Shown here one piece after another: positions 18,069 to 27,968 of a stretch of 64,000 nucleotides of DNA (position 1 is its first letter; the number at the start of each line of letters is the position of its first letter). The position numbers and the translations under genes are program-made. Location: contig JBIJDH010000020.1 in NCBI GenBank assembly GCA_044344255.1, positions 85,758 through 149,757 on the forward strand, in the 5' to 3' direction. The notes under the pieces are model-generated. The model was not told where the DNA came from. It made no database searches and worked only from the letters and a program-made list of their open reading frames with translations. The DNA comes from Myxococcota bacterium (lineage in GTDB: Bacteria; Myxococcota_A; UBA796; UBA2385).

Positions 18069-19766
18069 TCAAGGTCGAGGCGGCGGTGGCGGCGGTGGCA
18101 GCCGTGGCGGCGGCCCGGTCTGTGGAACGGCCGGCCCCGCGGCGCATCCCGGGGCGGGCTCCAGCAGCGGCGCGGGGTGCCCTCCGGGGTAACCGTCCCC
18201 AAGGGGATAGAGCGGGAGGCCGTACAGACACGCGGTGGAGACCCCCATCGCAGGGCCCCCCGAAGGCCTTGCCCGATAGACCTTCCAGTCCCCTGCCGCG
18301 AACACCTCGACCCAAGGCGCCTGCAGGATGACCCTCTCGCGGCTGACAATCCAGGTGCGCCAAGCGGGGTCGGGCCAGGTCTGCGGGACATCGGGCCGGC
18401 GCGGCGCCACCGGCGAGGGGAGCAGGCCGATGAGGGCTCCGGCACGGGTCTCTCCCGCGAAGAGACTGTCGGGCTCGGCATGCTCGCGCACCCAGGTGGC
18501 CACGAGGTCGATCTCACCCAGCGCCGCCTGGTCTGTCCGCGCCCGCTCCGCCATCGACTGGAGCTGCGCCCACGACCAGGGCAGACCCCCGAGGACCAGG
18601 AGCCCTAGGACGAGGGTGGGGAGCCTGTCTCCGGCGAGGACAGCGCGAAGCCGACCCCCGCCCGCCCCGGCGCGAAACCGCTGCCCCAGGGGGCCCTCCC
18701 ATGCCGCGAGGCCACCCCCGACCAGGGCCACCACGGCGGTGGGGCCGAGCACGAGGTAGTGCCGCCATTGGGTCCAGACGAGGGCCGCGGGGAGCAGGGT
18801 GGCCATCGGGACACCGAGGGCGAGGGCCTCCCTCCTTCGACCGCTGGCAAAGAGCGAGCCGAGGCCCACCAGACCGCCGAGCAGCAGCGGGCGCTCCGGC
18901 CCCGAGATCGAGAGGCCGCGCCAGATCATGCTGGGGATGAGGCCAATCCCCTGGGCATCGGCCCGAAAGTCGGCGGACATATCGGGGGGACCGGCGGAGG
19001 GGAGGAGACTGCCAGCGGCCAAAGCGAGGCTGTCCTTGAGGGCCGAGCCCGACTTGTCGAGGCTCCCGTTCCCGAAGAAGACGGGGCTCAACAGCTCGCC
19101 CGAGACGAGCCCGGAGGAGAGCTGCAGGCCAAGCAGCACCAGGAGAAGACGACCCAGCCGCTCCCGGATCGTGCCCGGCAGCAGCAGCGTCGCGACCGGG
19201 ACGAGCAGGGCCACGACGAGCCCATGCTCCCGGGCCGACAGGGCGAGCCCCGCCGCCCCACCCCAGCAGAGGAAACGGCCGGGGCTGGGCGACTGTGTGG
19301 CGCGGAGTCCGGCCCAGGCGGTGAGCACCAGCGCGGCCCCCGTGAGGCACTCGGGCTGGATGAACCAGGCATAGGTCCAGAGGTGGGCGCCCGAAGAGGC
19401 GAGGGCAGCCCCGCCGACCATCGCCAAGGCCCGGCTGCGGGGAGTGGCCAGCAGCCGGGCGCTGCAGATCCCTGCGAGCAGCGCCGCGAGGCCGACGGCG
19501 GCCGCGTTCAGGAGAATGGAGCCTGGCACGACGGGCTCCGGGCCGAGGGCCCCGAGGAGCGTGGGGAAGAGGGGCGGGCAGCTCACGCTCGCGCCCGTGG
19601 ACCGCACGAGGGCCGCGATGCTCCACAGGCCGGCGTCGGGGCCGAGGGGGAGGGTCACGACGCCGGCCCCACGGAGGCCCACCCCCAGGGCAAAGACGGA
19701 GGCGACGAGGGCGCCCAGTAGGAAGGGGCGCGTCGGAAGGGGGCTCGGGTTCGGGTCCGGCGACAC
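18069..19766 (-). CDS. Polytopic membrane protein, ArnT/PMT (GT-C)-like glycosyltransferase
   Basis: GPDAGLW first loop, PPLFPTLL, IQPECL, ALSAREHG, QWRHYL; start uncertain (the longer track ORF overlaps the divergent gene). Confidence 0.6.
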   Translation of the reverse strand: MSPDPNPSPLPTRPFLLGALVASVFALGVGLRGAGVVTLPLGPDAGLWSIAALVRSTGASVSCPPLFPTLLGALGPEPVVPGSILLNAAAVGLAALLAGICSARLLATPRSRALAMVGGAALASSGAHLWTYAWFIQPECLTGAALVLTAWAGLRATQSPSPGRFLCWGGAAGLALSAREHGLVVALLVPVATLLLPGTIRERLGRLLLVLLGLQLSSGLVSGELLSPVFFGNGSLDKSGSALKDSLALAAGSLLPSAGPPDMSADFRADAQGIGLIPSMIWRGLSISGPERPLLLGGLVGLGSLFASGRRREALALGVPMATLLPAALVWTQWRHYLVLGPTAVVALVGGGLAAWEGPLGQRFRAGAGGGRLRAVLAGDRLPTLVLGLLVLGGLPWSWAQLQSMAERARTDQAALGEIDLVATWVREHAEPDSLFAGETRAGALIGLLPSPVAPRRPDVPQTWPDPAWRTWIVSRERVILQAPWVEVFAAGDWKVYRARPSGGPAMGVSTACLYGLPLYPLGDGYPGGHPAPLLEPAPGCAAGPAVPQTGPPPRLPPPPPPPRP

Positions 19767-19880
19767 AGCAGATCCTAGGCTCGTGACTCGCCCGACCACT
19801 CTACCCGAGCGACGAGGTCGGGCGGCCCCCTGTGCTACCCTCCCAGGGTGCAGCCACCCCCGGAAGAGAGCGCGACCCTG

Positions 19881-21599
19881 ATGAGCCCCTCGCCCTCTCC
19901 GGGTGCCCTCTGGTCGCGGCGCATCCGGGTGGCTGTGGTCTACCACCTGTTCGCCCTGCTCGTGCTGATGCCCTCTCTCGCCTCCGGGGGCCTGATCGGC
20001 CACCCGGATGTGGATGTCTGGAACCACGCCTGGGGCTTCTGGTGGTTCTGGGACAGCATCCGCCACGGCGCTCTGCCCCTGCGCACCGCGCTGCTCGGGG
20101 CGCCGGCCGGGGGGGTGCTCTACTACATCGATCCCGTCGGTGCCTTCATTGGTCTCCCGCTGACCGCCCTCTTCGGGCCGGCGGTCTCCTGGAATGCGGT
20201 GATGGTGATGCGCGTGGCGATGGCCGGCTGGGCCACCCATGGGCTCTGTCGCGCGCTCAGCGGTCCGGGGCCCCAGCCCTGGGTGGCGGGTATCGCGATG
20301 GCCAGCGCCCCCTACCTGCTCGTGGAGGTCGCCAACGGCATCTCCGAGGTCACCGATGTGGGCTGGGTGCCGCTCAGCTTGTGGGCCGCCGCACAGCTCC
20401 AACGCCGGGGAGGGCGCCGAACAGCGGTCCTGCTCGGCCTCTCGGTCGGCATGTCCACCCTGGCCTGCTTCTATTATGGGCTGCTGGCCGCTCTACTCGT
20501 CGGCGGGCTCCTGATCGTGCCCCTGCTCCGGCGCCGCCTCCCGCTCCCCGACATCGCCCTGGCCGCCCTCCTGGCCCTGGTTGTGGGGCTACCGGGGCTG
20601 TTGCTGTTGCGCTGGTCCCTCCTTCAGCCCGACGCGCTCGTCACCCGCAGCGCAGAGCTCAATCAGGTGCTCTTGGAGCACAACGCCGTCGATCCACGAG
20701 ACCTCCTGCTGCCCTTTGGCTCCTTCCGGGTTGATTTTGCCGCCCGGTACGGCGAAGCCTTCCAGCACACCCTCTACCTCCGCTGGACGGTCCTCCTCCT
20801 CGCCGCCGCCGCGATATGGCGCTTTCGCCGTCCTACCCTGCCCTGGGCCCTGCTCGGCCTCGGCTCGGCGGTGCTCGGTCTCGGCGTGCTGCTCTACTGG
20901 GGGGGCGACTGGGTGCGCCTGGATGGCCGCCGGTTGCTCCTCCCCTTCGGCTGGTTGCAGAAGCTCGTCCCCGCCCTCGCGGTCACCCATCCGGCGCGCC
21001 TCGGGCTCGGGGCTGTGGTGATGAGCGCGGTGCTGGCCGGCTGGGGCCTCGCGGGCAAGGGGCGCTGGGCCTTGCTCGCCATACCCCTACTCCTCGGGGA
21101 GAGCCTGCTCGCGGGGGCGGTGCGCTGGCCCCTCCCGGCCTCACCCACGGCGGTGCCGGAGATCTATACGACCATCCGCGAGGAGGCTGACCCCCGCGCC
21201 ATCCTCGACCTCCCGGCCAACGTCGGGGGCACGATGGCCACGAGCCGCTACTTCTGGTTTCAAGCTGTGCATGGGCGGGCGATGCCATGGTTCCCGGACG
21301 CACATGCCGCCCATAACGGTGACATCGAGAGCATGCGCCTCTTCGAGCGCACCCCCGCCGGGGGGCCGCCTCCCGCCCTCCGACCGGCCTCGGTGGAGCG
21401 CCTCCGCAGAAACTACGGATGGATCCTGATCCACACGGAATTCTCAGACCGGGTGGGCACGACCGCCGAGCTCAGCTCCACCCTCGAGGCGGCCCTCGGG
21501 CCGCCCACCCACCAGGAGGGGGCCGGCCCGACGGAGCTCCGGATCTGGCGCCTCCCCACCGCCAGCCGGACCGCGCCCGGCCGAGAGGATCGTCGATAG
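19881..21599 (+). CDS. Polytopic membrane protein, GT-C/YfhO-like (paralog of 16350-18041)
   Basis: DVWNHAWGFWW loop, GAPAG, THPARL, AILDLP...FQAVHGRAM. Confidence 0.7.
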   Translation: MSPSPSPGALWSRRIRVAVVYHLFALLVLMPSLASGGLIGHPDVDVWNHAWGFWWFWDSIRHGALPLRTALLGAPAGGVLYYIDPVGAFIGLPLTALFGPAVSWNAVMVMRVAMAGWATHGLCRALSGPGPQPWVAGIAMASAPYLLVEVANGISEVTDVGWVPLSLWAAAQLQRRGGRRTAVLLGLSVGMSTLACFYYGLLAALLVGGLLIVPLLRRRLPLPDIALAALLALVVGLPGLLLLRWSLLQPDALVTRSAELNQVLLEHNAVDPRDLLLPFGSFRVDFAARYGEAFQHTLYLRWTVLLLAAAAIWRFRRPTLPWALLGLGSAVLGLGVLLYWGGDWVRLDGRRLLLPFGWLQKLVPALAVTHPARLGLGAVVMSAVLAGWGLAGKGRWALLAIPLLLGESLLAGAVRWPLPASPTAVPEIYTTIREEADPRAILDLPANVGGTMATSRYFWFQAVHGRAMPWFPDAHAAHNGDIESMRLFERTPAGGPPPALRPASVERLRRNYGWILIHTEFSDRVGTTAELSSTLEAALGPPTHQEGAGPTELRIWRLPTASRTAPGREDRR

Positions 21600-21648
21600 G
21601 ATCCAGGCGGGGCGGGCGGGCCCGAGGCTGAGCGGAGCGGCTCAGGCC

Positions 21649-22458
21649 CTATTTCGGTGGCGCCTCGGGGGCCTTCGTGTCCTTCCCCGCCTCACCCTCG
21701 ACGGGCGGCTTCGGCGCCTTGGCGGCCTCCGCGGCGGGGTTCGGGGGCGGCGGCACGTTCTCGCCGGCCTTGGGCGTGCCGCCCGTCGGCGCCTTCATGT
21801 CCCGGACCTCCCAGGGGATCTTGTCATTCGACTTGTTCCCCTTGGAGCAGTCGATATCCTTCAGCTCGATGTCTTTGCCCACGATCTTGTCCACGGAGAC
21901 CACGGCCACCACGTCGTCCGGGGAGGGGCCGTCTCCGCTCTGATCGACGTTGACGATGAGGTAGAGCGCCTCGCTGAGGGTGGCGGGCGCCTTGACGCTG
22001 AAGGTGCCATCGGTGGTCTTGGCGATCTCCATGGCCTCGGGGACGGTCTCTCCATCGCGCTTGCTCAGGCGCACGAAGTCGATCTGCGCGGCGGTGGCGT
22101 CTTTGAGGGTGCCCGAGAGGGTGATGAGCTTGCCGTCTTTGGCGAGCGAGGCGAGACCAGGGATGGTCACGTTCGGGTTACCCTCAGCAGGAGGCTGGGT
22201 CTCAGAGAGCGAGGGATCACCACCGGGGGGAGGTGCCGAGCCGTCTGCGGGAGCACCATCCGGCCCACCTGCGGCGGGGGGAGCGCCGCCCTCCCCACCC
22301 GGGGGCTGACCAGGGGCCCCGCCGGGCTGACCACCGGGCGCGCCAGGAGCGGCAGGCGGGGGACCCACGGGCTGGCCGGTCGAGGCCTCATCGGGGGGCT
22401 GGGGACATGCGGCCAGGAGGGCCAGCAGGGCGCAAGAGGCGAGCACATGAAGACGCAT
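21649..22458 (-). CDS. Hypothetical lipoprotein with Pro/Gly linker and small beta-rich domain
   Basis: Lipobox LAAC; DQSGDG Ca-loop-like motif; genome-like codon usage. Confidence 0.75.
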   Translation of the reverse strand: MRLHVLASCALLALLAACPQPPDEASTGQPVGPPPAAPGAPGGQPGGAPGQPPGGEGGAPPAAGGPDGAPADGSAPPPGGDPSLSETQPPAEGNPNVTIPGLASLAKDGKLITLSGTLKDATAAQIDFVRLSKRDGETVPEAMEIAKTTDGTFSVKAPATLSEALYLIVNVDQSGDGPSPDDVVAVVSVDKIVGKDIELKDIDCSKGNKSNDKIPWEVRDMKAPTGGTPKAGENVPPPPNPAAEAAKAPKPPVEGEAGKDTKAPEAPPK

Positions 22459-22665
22459 GCGGACTCCGTATTCCGATGGGTTTTACGCCCCCGGCCACCC
22501 GATGTCAACCGCCGGTCAGCGGCCTGGGTCCCGCGGGTCCCCTCGAAGCGGACGACCCGCTCCTTCGTCGGGATCGGCCCGAGCACCTTCACCGGCGCAG
22601 TCATCGCGCCGATCTCACAAGGCCCTGACCTCGATTCGAAGGGACCTGGATATCATGATCCGCGT

Positions 22666-24156
22666 ATGCCCAAGAGTCGCCTCGTCGCTACCCGTCGCCT
22701 CGCTCGCAGCCTCATCCGCTGCTCGTCCTCGCTGTTTTCGGCGACGCTCTTGTCTTGTCTCGTCGCCTGCGGCTCTTCTTCCGAAGAGGCCACCTCGGCT
22801 GTTCAGCCAGACCTCATCCTCTTTCTGGTGGACGGCCTGCGCGACGGCGCGGGCCCCCTCGGTAGGGCCGCCGATGCGCTTCGCGCAGAGCTCGACGATG
22901 AAGGCAGACATCGGTTTACGGCCGCTTATACGCAGTCGATTGAGCCCTATGTGGCGCTTGGCTCGCTCCTCAGCGGACGGTACCCCTCCGCCATTCCGCT
23001 CTGCGGACGCCCCCACTATACGGGGCGGGAGTCCGCCGATCCCTGGTGCCTCCCGCTGCCCGAGCCGGTGCATACCCTCCCAGAGGTGCTCGGCTACTAC
23101 GGATACGAGACCGCATTTTTCAGCACGGTGGCCCCGGATCACCCTAGCCTCATCCGCGGCTTCGGTACGAAGGGCGTACCCGATCCGGGAGCGGCGAACA
23201 CCGAGCTCACCGTGCTTCATCAGTCGGCGCAGGTCTGGTGGGAGGCCCACGCGGGGGCGCCTCGCCTCCTTGTGGTGCAGGCCCCCCTCGATCTCGGCTC
23301 TCTTCGCCCCTTGATCCTCGACATCGACCATGGCGCCTTCGCCACGGCCTGGGGCCAAGAGCGGGCCAATCCCCTGCCGAACACCGATCCCGACCGGTAC
23401 AAGCAGCCCTATGGCGGCGACGCGCCGGATTGGAGCCGAGTGGACCAGGCCTATGATGCCCTCGCTGCCGAAGCCGGTGCGGGTATCCAGAGCCTCCTCA
23501 GCTCCTTGTCCGATCTGGGCACCGAGGTCGAGCGGCCACGCTGGGTTGTCACCACATCCCTCCGCGGCGTATCGCTCGGCGAGCTCAGCGGAACCGAACA
23601 CGCCGAGCAGCTCGTCCCCGCAGAGGCCAGCCTCCTGCTGGAGCGGACCGTGCACGTCCCCTTGGATGTGTACCATGAGGGGGGCTCTGAGGACACGGTG
23701 GATTACCCGGTAGAGCTGGTCGATATCGCGCCCACCTTCTATGCCCTCGGCCAGGCTGTGCTCCCCGTGGAGGGAGCCGGCCAGGATCTCCTTGGCCCGG
23801 CACCCGCCTCACCCCGGGCCTACGCCGAATACGGCGACATGCTCCTCCTTCGAAGGGGGACCGATCTGGTCAACTTCCGCGCCGAGCGCCATGGCACGAG
23901 CAGCCTCAGCCCCACCCTGACCTTGGCCCTCGTCGATCCTCAGCACACCGAGCGGCCGGGCACCTTTCGTCTGAGCCGGGTGAGCACCGATCCCAACCAG
24001 GAGCATGACCTCTCCCGCTCCAACGAGGCGTCGGTCAAGATGTTTCAGGCCGAGCTCGTTGAGATTCGCCAGGGAGTCGGCGCGCCTCCGCCGGATGCGC
24101 TCACCCCGGAGCGGGTGAAGCAGCTCCAGGATCTCCGCGCCAATGGATACTGGTAG
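22666..24156 (+). CDS. Sulfatase/alkaline-phosphatase-superfamily lipoprotein with degenerate active site
   Basis: PDLILFLVDGLR, AAYTQS...SLLSGRYPS, TLPEVL...GYETA, HVPL, VELVDIAPT, TDPNQEHDL; no C/S-x-P-x-R. Confidence 0.75.
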   Translation: MPKSRLVATRRLARSLIRCSSSLFSATLLSCLVACGSSSEEATSAVQPDLILFLVDGLRDGAGPLGRAADALRAELDDEGRHRFTAAYTQSIEPYVALGSLLSGRYPSAIPLCGRPHYTGRESADPWCLPLPEPVHTLPEVLGYYGYETAFFSTVAPDHPSLIRGFGTKGVPDPGAANTELTVLHQSAQVWWEAHAGAPRLLVVQAPLDLGSLRPLILDIDHGAFATAWGQERANPLPNTDPDRYKQPYGGDAPDWSRVDQAYDALAAEAGAGIQSLLSSLSDLGTEVERPRWVVTTSLRGVSLGELSGTEHAEQLVPAEASLLLERTVHVPLDVYHEGGSEDTVDYPVELVDIAPTFYALGQAVLPVEGAGQDLLGPAPASPRAYAEYGDMLLLRRGTDLVNFRAERHGTSSLSPTLTLALVDPQHTERPGTFRLSRVSTDPNQEHDLSRSNEASVKMFQAELVEIRQGVGAPPPDALTPERVKQLQDLRANGYW

Positions 24157-25011
24157 GTGCGACCGCGCAGGAAGCACGTGCTGATCGGCCTCATCGTCGT
24201 GGCTTTGTTGGGCCTCGGGACCGTCGGGCTCCTGCGCCAGGCTGGTTGTTTGAACAGGGCTCGGGGAGCGCCCATCATCCGGCGCCCCTTCGCCCCGGGC
24301 TCTGTTCTCGACCTGGCCGGCTATAAGATGGTCCGTATCGAGGCTGGGGAATTCAAGATGGGGAGCCCGGAGGCCGAAGCGGGGCGATACACCGACGAGA
24401 GCCTCCACCCGGTGAGGCTCAGCCACCCCTTTCTGATCGGCAGCACCGAGGTCACCGCCGGGCTCTGGCGGCGGGCCGCCATGAACCCCCGGACGGAGCA
24501 GGCGGCGGTGGACCCTCGAATGGCGGTGCCTTACGTCGACTGGTTCGCGGCCATTCAGTTCTGTCAGGGGCTCTCCCAGCTCGAAGGGCTCGATCCCGCC
24601 TACAAGATCACCCCCCACGATGCCCAAAAGGGGGAGGTGAGCGACACCGTGATCCCCATTCCCGGCGCCACCGGTTACCGCCTCCCCACCGAGGCAGAGT
24701 GGGAATATGCAGCCAGGGCCGGCTCGCAGGGCCTGTATGGCGGCGACCGCTCCCGGGTGAACGCCTGGGGGCTCTACGATATGAGCGGCAACCTCTGGGA
24801 GTGGGTATGGGACCGGCCGGGCCCCTACCCCTCGAGCGCCACCGACCCCAGCGGGGCGGAGCACGGGCTCTTCCACATCCTCCGCGGTGGCTCCTGGCGC
24901 AGCCCGGCCCGACAGCTGCGGGCGGCGATGCGCGGTTGGAGCCCCCTCTTTGTCTCCGATGAGACCACGGGCTTTCGCATTGCGCGCAGCCTGCCGGAGC
25001 AGTCGGCTTAG
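24157..25011 (+). CDS. FGE-sulfatase (SUMF1/EgtB/PvdO) domain protein, membrane-anchored
   Basis: FKMGS, TEVT, YRLPTEAEWEYAARAG, NAWGLYDMSGNLWEW, RGGSW, GFRIAR. Confidence 0.9.
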   Translation: MRPRRKHVLIGLIVVALLGLGTVGLLRQAGCLNRARGAPIIRRPFAPGSVLDLAGYKMVRIEAGEFKMGSPEAEAGRYTDESLHPVRLSHPFLIGSTEVTAGLWRRAAMNPRTEQAAVDPRMAVPYVDWFAAIQFCQGLSQLEGLDPAYKITPHDAQKGEVSDTVIPIPGATGYRLPTEAEWEYAARAGSQGLYGGDRSRVNAWGLYDMSGNLWEWVWDRPGPYPSSATDPSGAEHGLFHILRGGSWRSPARQLRAAMRGWSPLFVSDETTGFRIARSLPEQSA

Positions 25012-25051
25012 GTCCCTTGCCCAGGACGGGACACCGAGCGGGTGGCCCAGT

Positions 25052-26167
25052 TCACCTTCTGGGTCCGGGGTCGTCCTGAATTAGTCCCCCAGGGGGCCCC
25101 CTGGGAGGCTCACCGGGGCGGGAGGCCATATCCGCCTCGATCGCGGCGGCCACCACGGCCGCGGCCCTCCTGGAGCCCGGCTCTCGAAAATGAGTGGAAT
25201 CTCCCCAGTTCTCGGGCTCTGGCCCCACCGCGGCCCGCACGTCCGCGAGGGGGAGACCTCGATTCCGGGAGAATTCGACCAAGATATCATTGTACTGGGC
25301 GAAGGCGTCGATCGCCCCTTCGGGGGAGAGGTCGAGCATCCCCGCGGTCTCAGCCACCGACCGTCGCGCGGCCTCTCCGGTCTCTCCGGGGGCGGCGCGC
25401 AGCGCGTGGGTCGCCAGCACCGGGCGCGCGCCGAAGCGCAGGATGAGGTTCACCGCCTCGTCGATTCGCCGTCGCAGCTCCCCTCGCTGAGGCTCGCTCA
25501 ATCGGCGCGGCGAGCCCATGAGGCCGGGGGGCGCCCGTTGCGGGATGATCCGCTCGAGGAAGCGCGGAAGAGGCCAGCCAGCGAAGAAGGCTGGAACATA
25601 GCTGCTCTTCGGTGGGCCCGGGATGGTGAGCACGCTCCGGAGCTCATTCGGACCCTGATAGAATACGACATATCGTGGACGAACGGTTGGACTCCATGCC
25701 TCGAGATCAACGAGGTTGTTTAGCAGGAGCTCCCCCGGGATGCCCGCGTTGACGACCTCGGTGGCGCCGATTCGCCCCTGGAGCTCCTGTCCCATCAGGG
25801 CAGGCCAGGCCTCGTCGTCGTTTCGGGCATAGATATCGAAGGTGGTCGACCCACCGAAACACCAGACTCGGGTGACCGGGTCTGTACGGTCAAGCTGGGG
25901 GTTCGGCTCTCGAAAGCCCATCGGACCGATATGAATTCGATAGAGCCACCCATCCAACTTTGCCCCAGGCTGGAGCTGATTTCGCCCTGCCTTTCGCATA
26001 TACAGGCCAAGCGGCTTTCCATCGATCGACACCGCGCCATAGGCCAGATATTCACCCACCGCCACGAGCCCGTTCAGGCCGAGGAGGAGGATGACCAGGG
26101 AGACCGTGGCAAAGATGAACCGTCGGGAGAGACTGGGAGAGGAGATGTCGAGGGGTCGCTTGGACAA
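25052..26167 (-). CDS. SGNH/GDSL-family protein, membrane-anchored
   Basis: WCFGGSTTF, VVNAGIPG, YQGPNE, DSTH. Confidence 0.85.
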   Translation of the reverse strand: MSKRPLDISSPSLSRRFIFATVSLVILLLGLNGLVAVGEYLAYGAVSIDGKPLGLYMRKAGRNQLQPGAKLDGWLYRIHIGPMGFREPNPQLDRTDPVTRVWCFGGSTTFDIYARNDDEAWPALMGQELQGRIGATEVVNAGIPGELLLNNLVDLEAWSPTVRPRYVVFYQGPNELRSVLTIPGPPKSSYVPAFFAGWPLPRFLERIIPQRAPPGLMGSPRRLSEPQRGELRRRIDEAVNLILRFGARPVLATHALRAAPGETGEAARRSVAETAGMLDLSPEGAIDAFAQYNDILVEFSRNRGLPLADVRAAVGPEPENWGDSTHFREPGSRRAAAVVAAAIEADMASRPGEPPRGPPGGLIQDDPGPRR

Positions 26168-26196
26168 GCGGGGCCTCTGTCGAAGGGTCGGATGGG

Positions 26197-26232
26197 GTTA
26201 GAGACCACAGATGAGTTAGAGACCACAGATGA
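26197..26232. repeat. Perfect 18-bp tandem duplication covering the cytochrome gene stop codon
   Basis: gttagagaccacagatga x2. Confidence 0.9.
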
Positions 26233-26644
26233 GATAGATATTGAGCAGATATTTCTCATCGTCGGTGAGCCCACCGGCGGGAGGCATGTCCTCCTGCTCC
26301 AACATGCGCACGATGATCCGTTCCTTCCAGGTACGGATGTCGGCCTCTGTGTCAAAGGTCACCGCTTCTGGGGCCCCGTATCGTTTCGGTGTATCGGTCG
26401 CATGGCAGCCCTCACAATGGGCCAGAAATTTCCCTTGTGCGTACCCCTCCCAGGTGACCGCCGGCGCGCTCTCGCAGTTGTTGGTGGCGGTGTCATCGGC
26501 GCCCGCGCTGTCACCCCGGGTGGAGGCGCTGTCCTCGGGCGTCGCGGTGCCCGCCCCGGCAGCGCAGCCAACCAGACCGGCGCCCAACAAGACCGCGCAC
26601 AAGGAGGGCGCTCCCGGTCGCTGCGGCTCAGGCGATGGCGGCAT
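26216..26644 (-). CDS. Small c-type cytochrome lipoprotein
   Basis: Lipobox LVGC; CEGCH heme motif; distal MPP. Confidence 0.8.
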   Translation of the reverse strand: MPPSPEPQRPGAPSLCAVLLGAGLVGCAAGAGTATPEDSASTRGDSAGADDTATNNCESAPAVTWEGYAQGKFLAHCEGCHATDTPKRYGAPEAVTFDTEADIRTWKERIIVRMLEQEDMPPAGGLTDDEKYLLNIYLICGL

Positions 26645-27914
26645 GAACAGGCTCCACGCCGGGCAGGAGCTCCTCAGAGTCTACGCCAGCGAGGGTCAGG
26701 AGGGTGGCGCCGATATGGTCGGGGAGCAGGGAGACGCCGCTCTCGGTCGTCTCGCCGGAGAGCAGATCCACCCTCTCGCCCCCACAGCTCTCGTCATAGG
26801 CCCCGATGGCCCGGCCACCCGCCACCCCGGCGCCGACCAACATACAGGAGGTGTATGTCCAGTGGTCCTTCCCGCCTCGATAATTATACTGCGGATATCG
26901 GCCCATCTCGGACATCACGACGATGGTGACCTCTTCGGCGAGCGTTCGTTCCACCTTTCCGGGCAGGGAGTCGAGGGTCTCCATGGTGGAGACGATCGCA
27001 TCGAAGAGCTCCTCGAAATTGAGGGCCTGTTGGAAGTCATTCGAGTGGGTGTCCCACCCGAGGCCCTTCCAGCCGAGATGCCGCACCATGCCACACCGGG
27101 CGAGGTCATTGGCGAAGGCATTGACGAGGAGGTCCATCCCCTCGGTGAGGGTGTTGGAGGAGCCGAAGCGCAGGCTGTCGGCCAGGCCGCCGATACGGTC
27201 CATCCGCTCCTGTACACCTATGGAACGATCCAGCAGGAGCTTCTCGCGCCCCCGACCCGCCGCAGCGGCGAGCCGGTTCACCCGGGCCGTCACGAAGGCA
27301 TCTTCGAGGGCCTCCTGAGAGGCCGGGGGCAGGCTCAGCGCCTGGTCGGCCCGGAGAAAGGCATCGCCGCTGATGAGATCGGGGAGCTGCCCCGAGCTGC
27401 CCACCCGGACCACCGCCGAGCCGCGATCATAGGTGAAGCTCGGCCCCGACAGGTGGATGAGGGGCAGCAGCAGGTCGGCGCCTGTGGAGGCGGCGATGAG
27501 CGAGGGCCAGTCATCGGAGGAGGGGAGCGAGGTGCCGGTCATCGCCAGCCGCACACAGGCGTCATGGGCGACCGAGCGCACCTCGAAGCCGTTGATGAAG
27601 CAGGTGCGGTCACCATATTGCTCCATGAAGGTGGTGACGCTGGGCCGACCCTCACTCTGAACATAGGGGATCCCATGGGCATTCGCCTCCACCGCATCGA
27701 CCTCCATATCGATGCCGGCGGCGCCGAAGAGCGGGGCAAAGAGGCAGGTCTGGTCCCAGCCTCCCTGCGCGAAGACGAAGAGAAAGCGCCGCGCCGAGGG
27801 CTCCACCGCTCGACCGACCCCGGGCATCCACAACATCGCGGTCGGGAGGAGGGCCGAGGAGGCCGCGAGCAGCCCTCGACGAGACAGCGCGGAGGGTGGG
27901 GGCCGTTTGAGCAT
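26628..27914 (-). CDS. DUF1501-family protein with Tat signal
   Basis: SRRGLL; FLFVFAQGGWD; GWDTH; VVMSEMGR; KDHW; LVGAGVAGG. Confidence 0.85.
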   Translation of the reverse strand: MLKRPPPSALSRRGLLAASSALLPTAMLWMPGVGRAVEPSARRFLFVFAQGGWDQTCLFAPLFGAAGIDMEVDAVEANAHGIPYVQSEGRPSVTTFMEQYGDRTCFINGFEVRSVAHDACVRLAMTGTSLPSSDDWPSLIAASTGADLLLPLIHLSGPSFTYDRGSAVVRVGSSGQLPDLISGDAFLRADQALSLPPASQEALEDAFVTARVNRLAAAAGRGREKLLLDRSIGVQERMDRIGGLADSLRFGSSNTLTEGMDLLVNAFANDLARCGMVRHLGWKGLGWDTHSNDFQQALNFEELFDAIVSTMETLDSLPGKVERTLAEEVTIVVMSEMGRYPQYNYRGGKDHWTYTSCMLVGAGVAGGRAIGAYDESCGGERVDLLSGETTESGVSLLPDHIGATLLTLAGVDSEELLPGVEPVHAAIA

Positions 27915-27968
27915 CGCTACCTCGACCGGAACAGGAGACCGAAAGACAGGTTTCAATACGCCCAGAAT

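Noticed and set aside
22666..25011. Canonical sulfatase plus formylglycine-generating enzyme pair
   Set aside because: The CxPxR target motif and the FGE catalytic cysteines are both absent.
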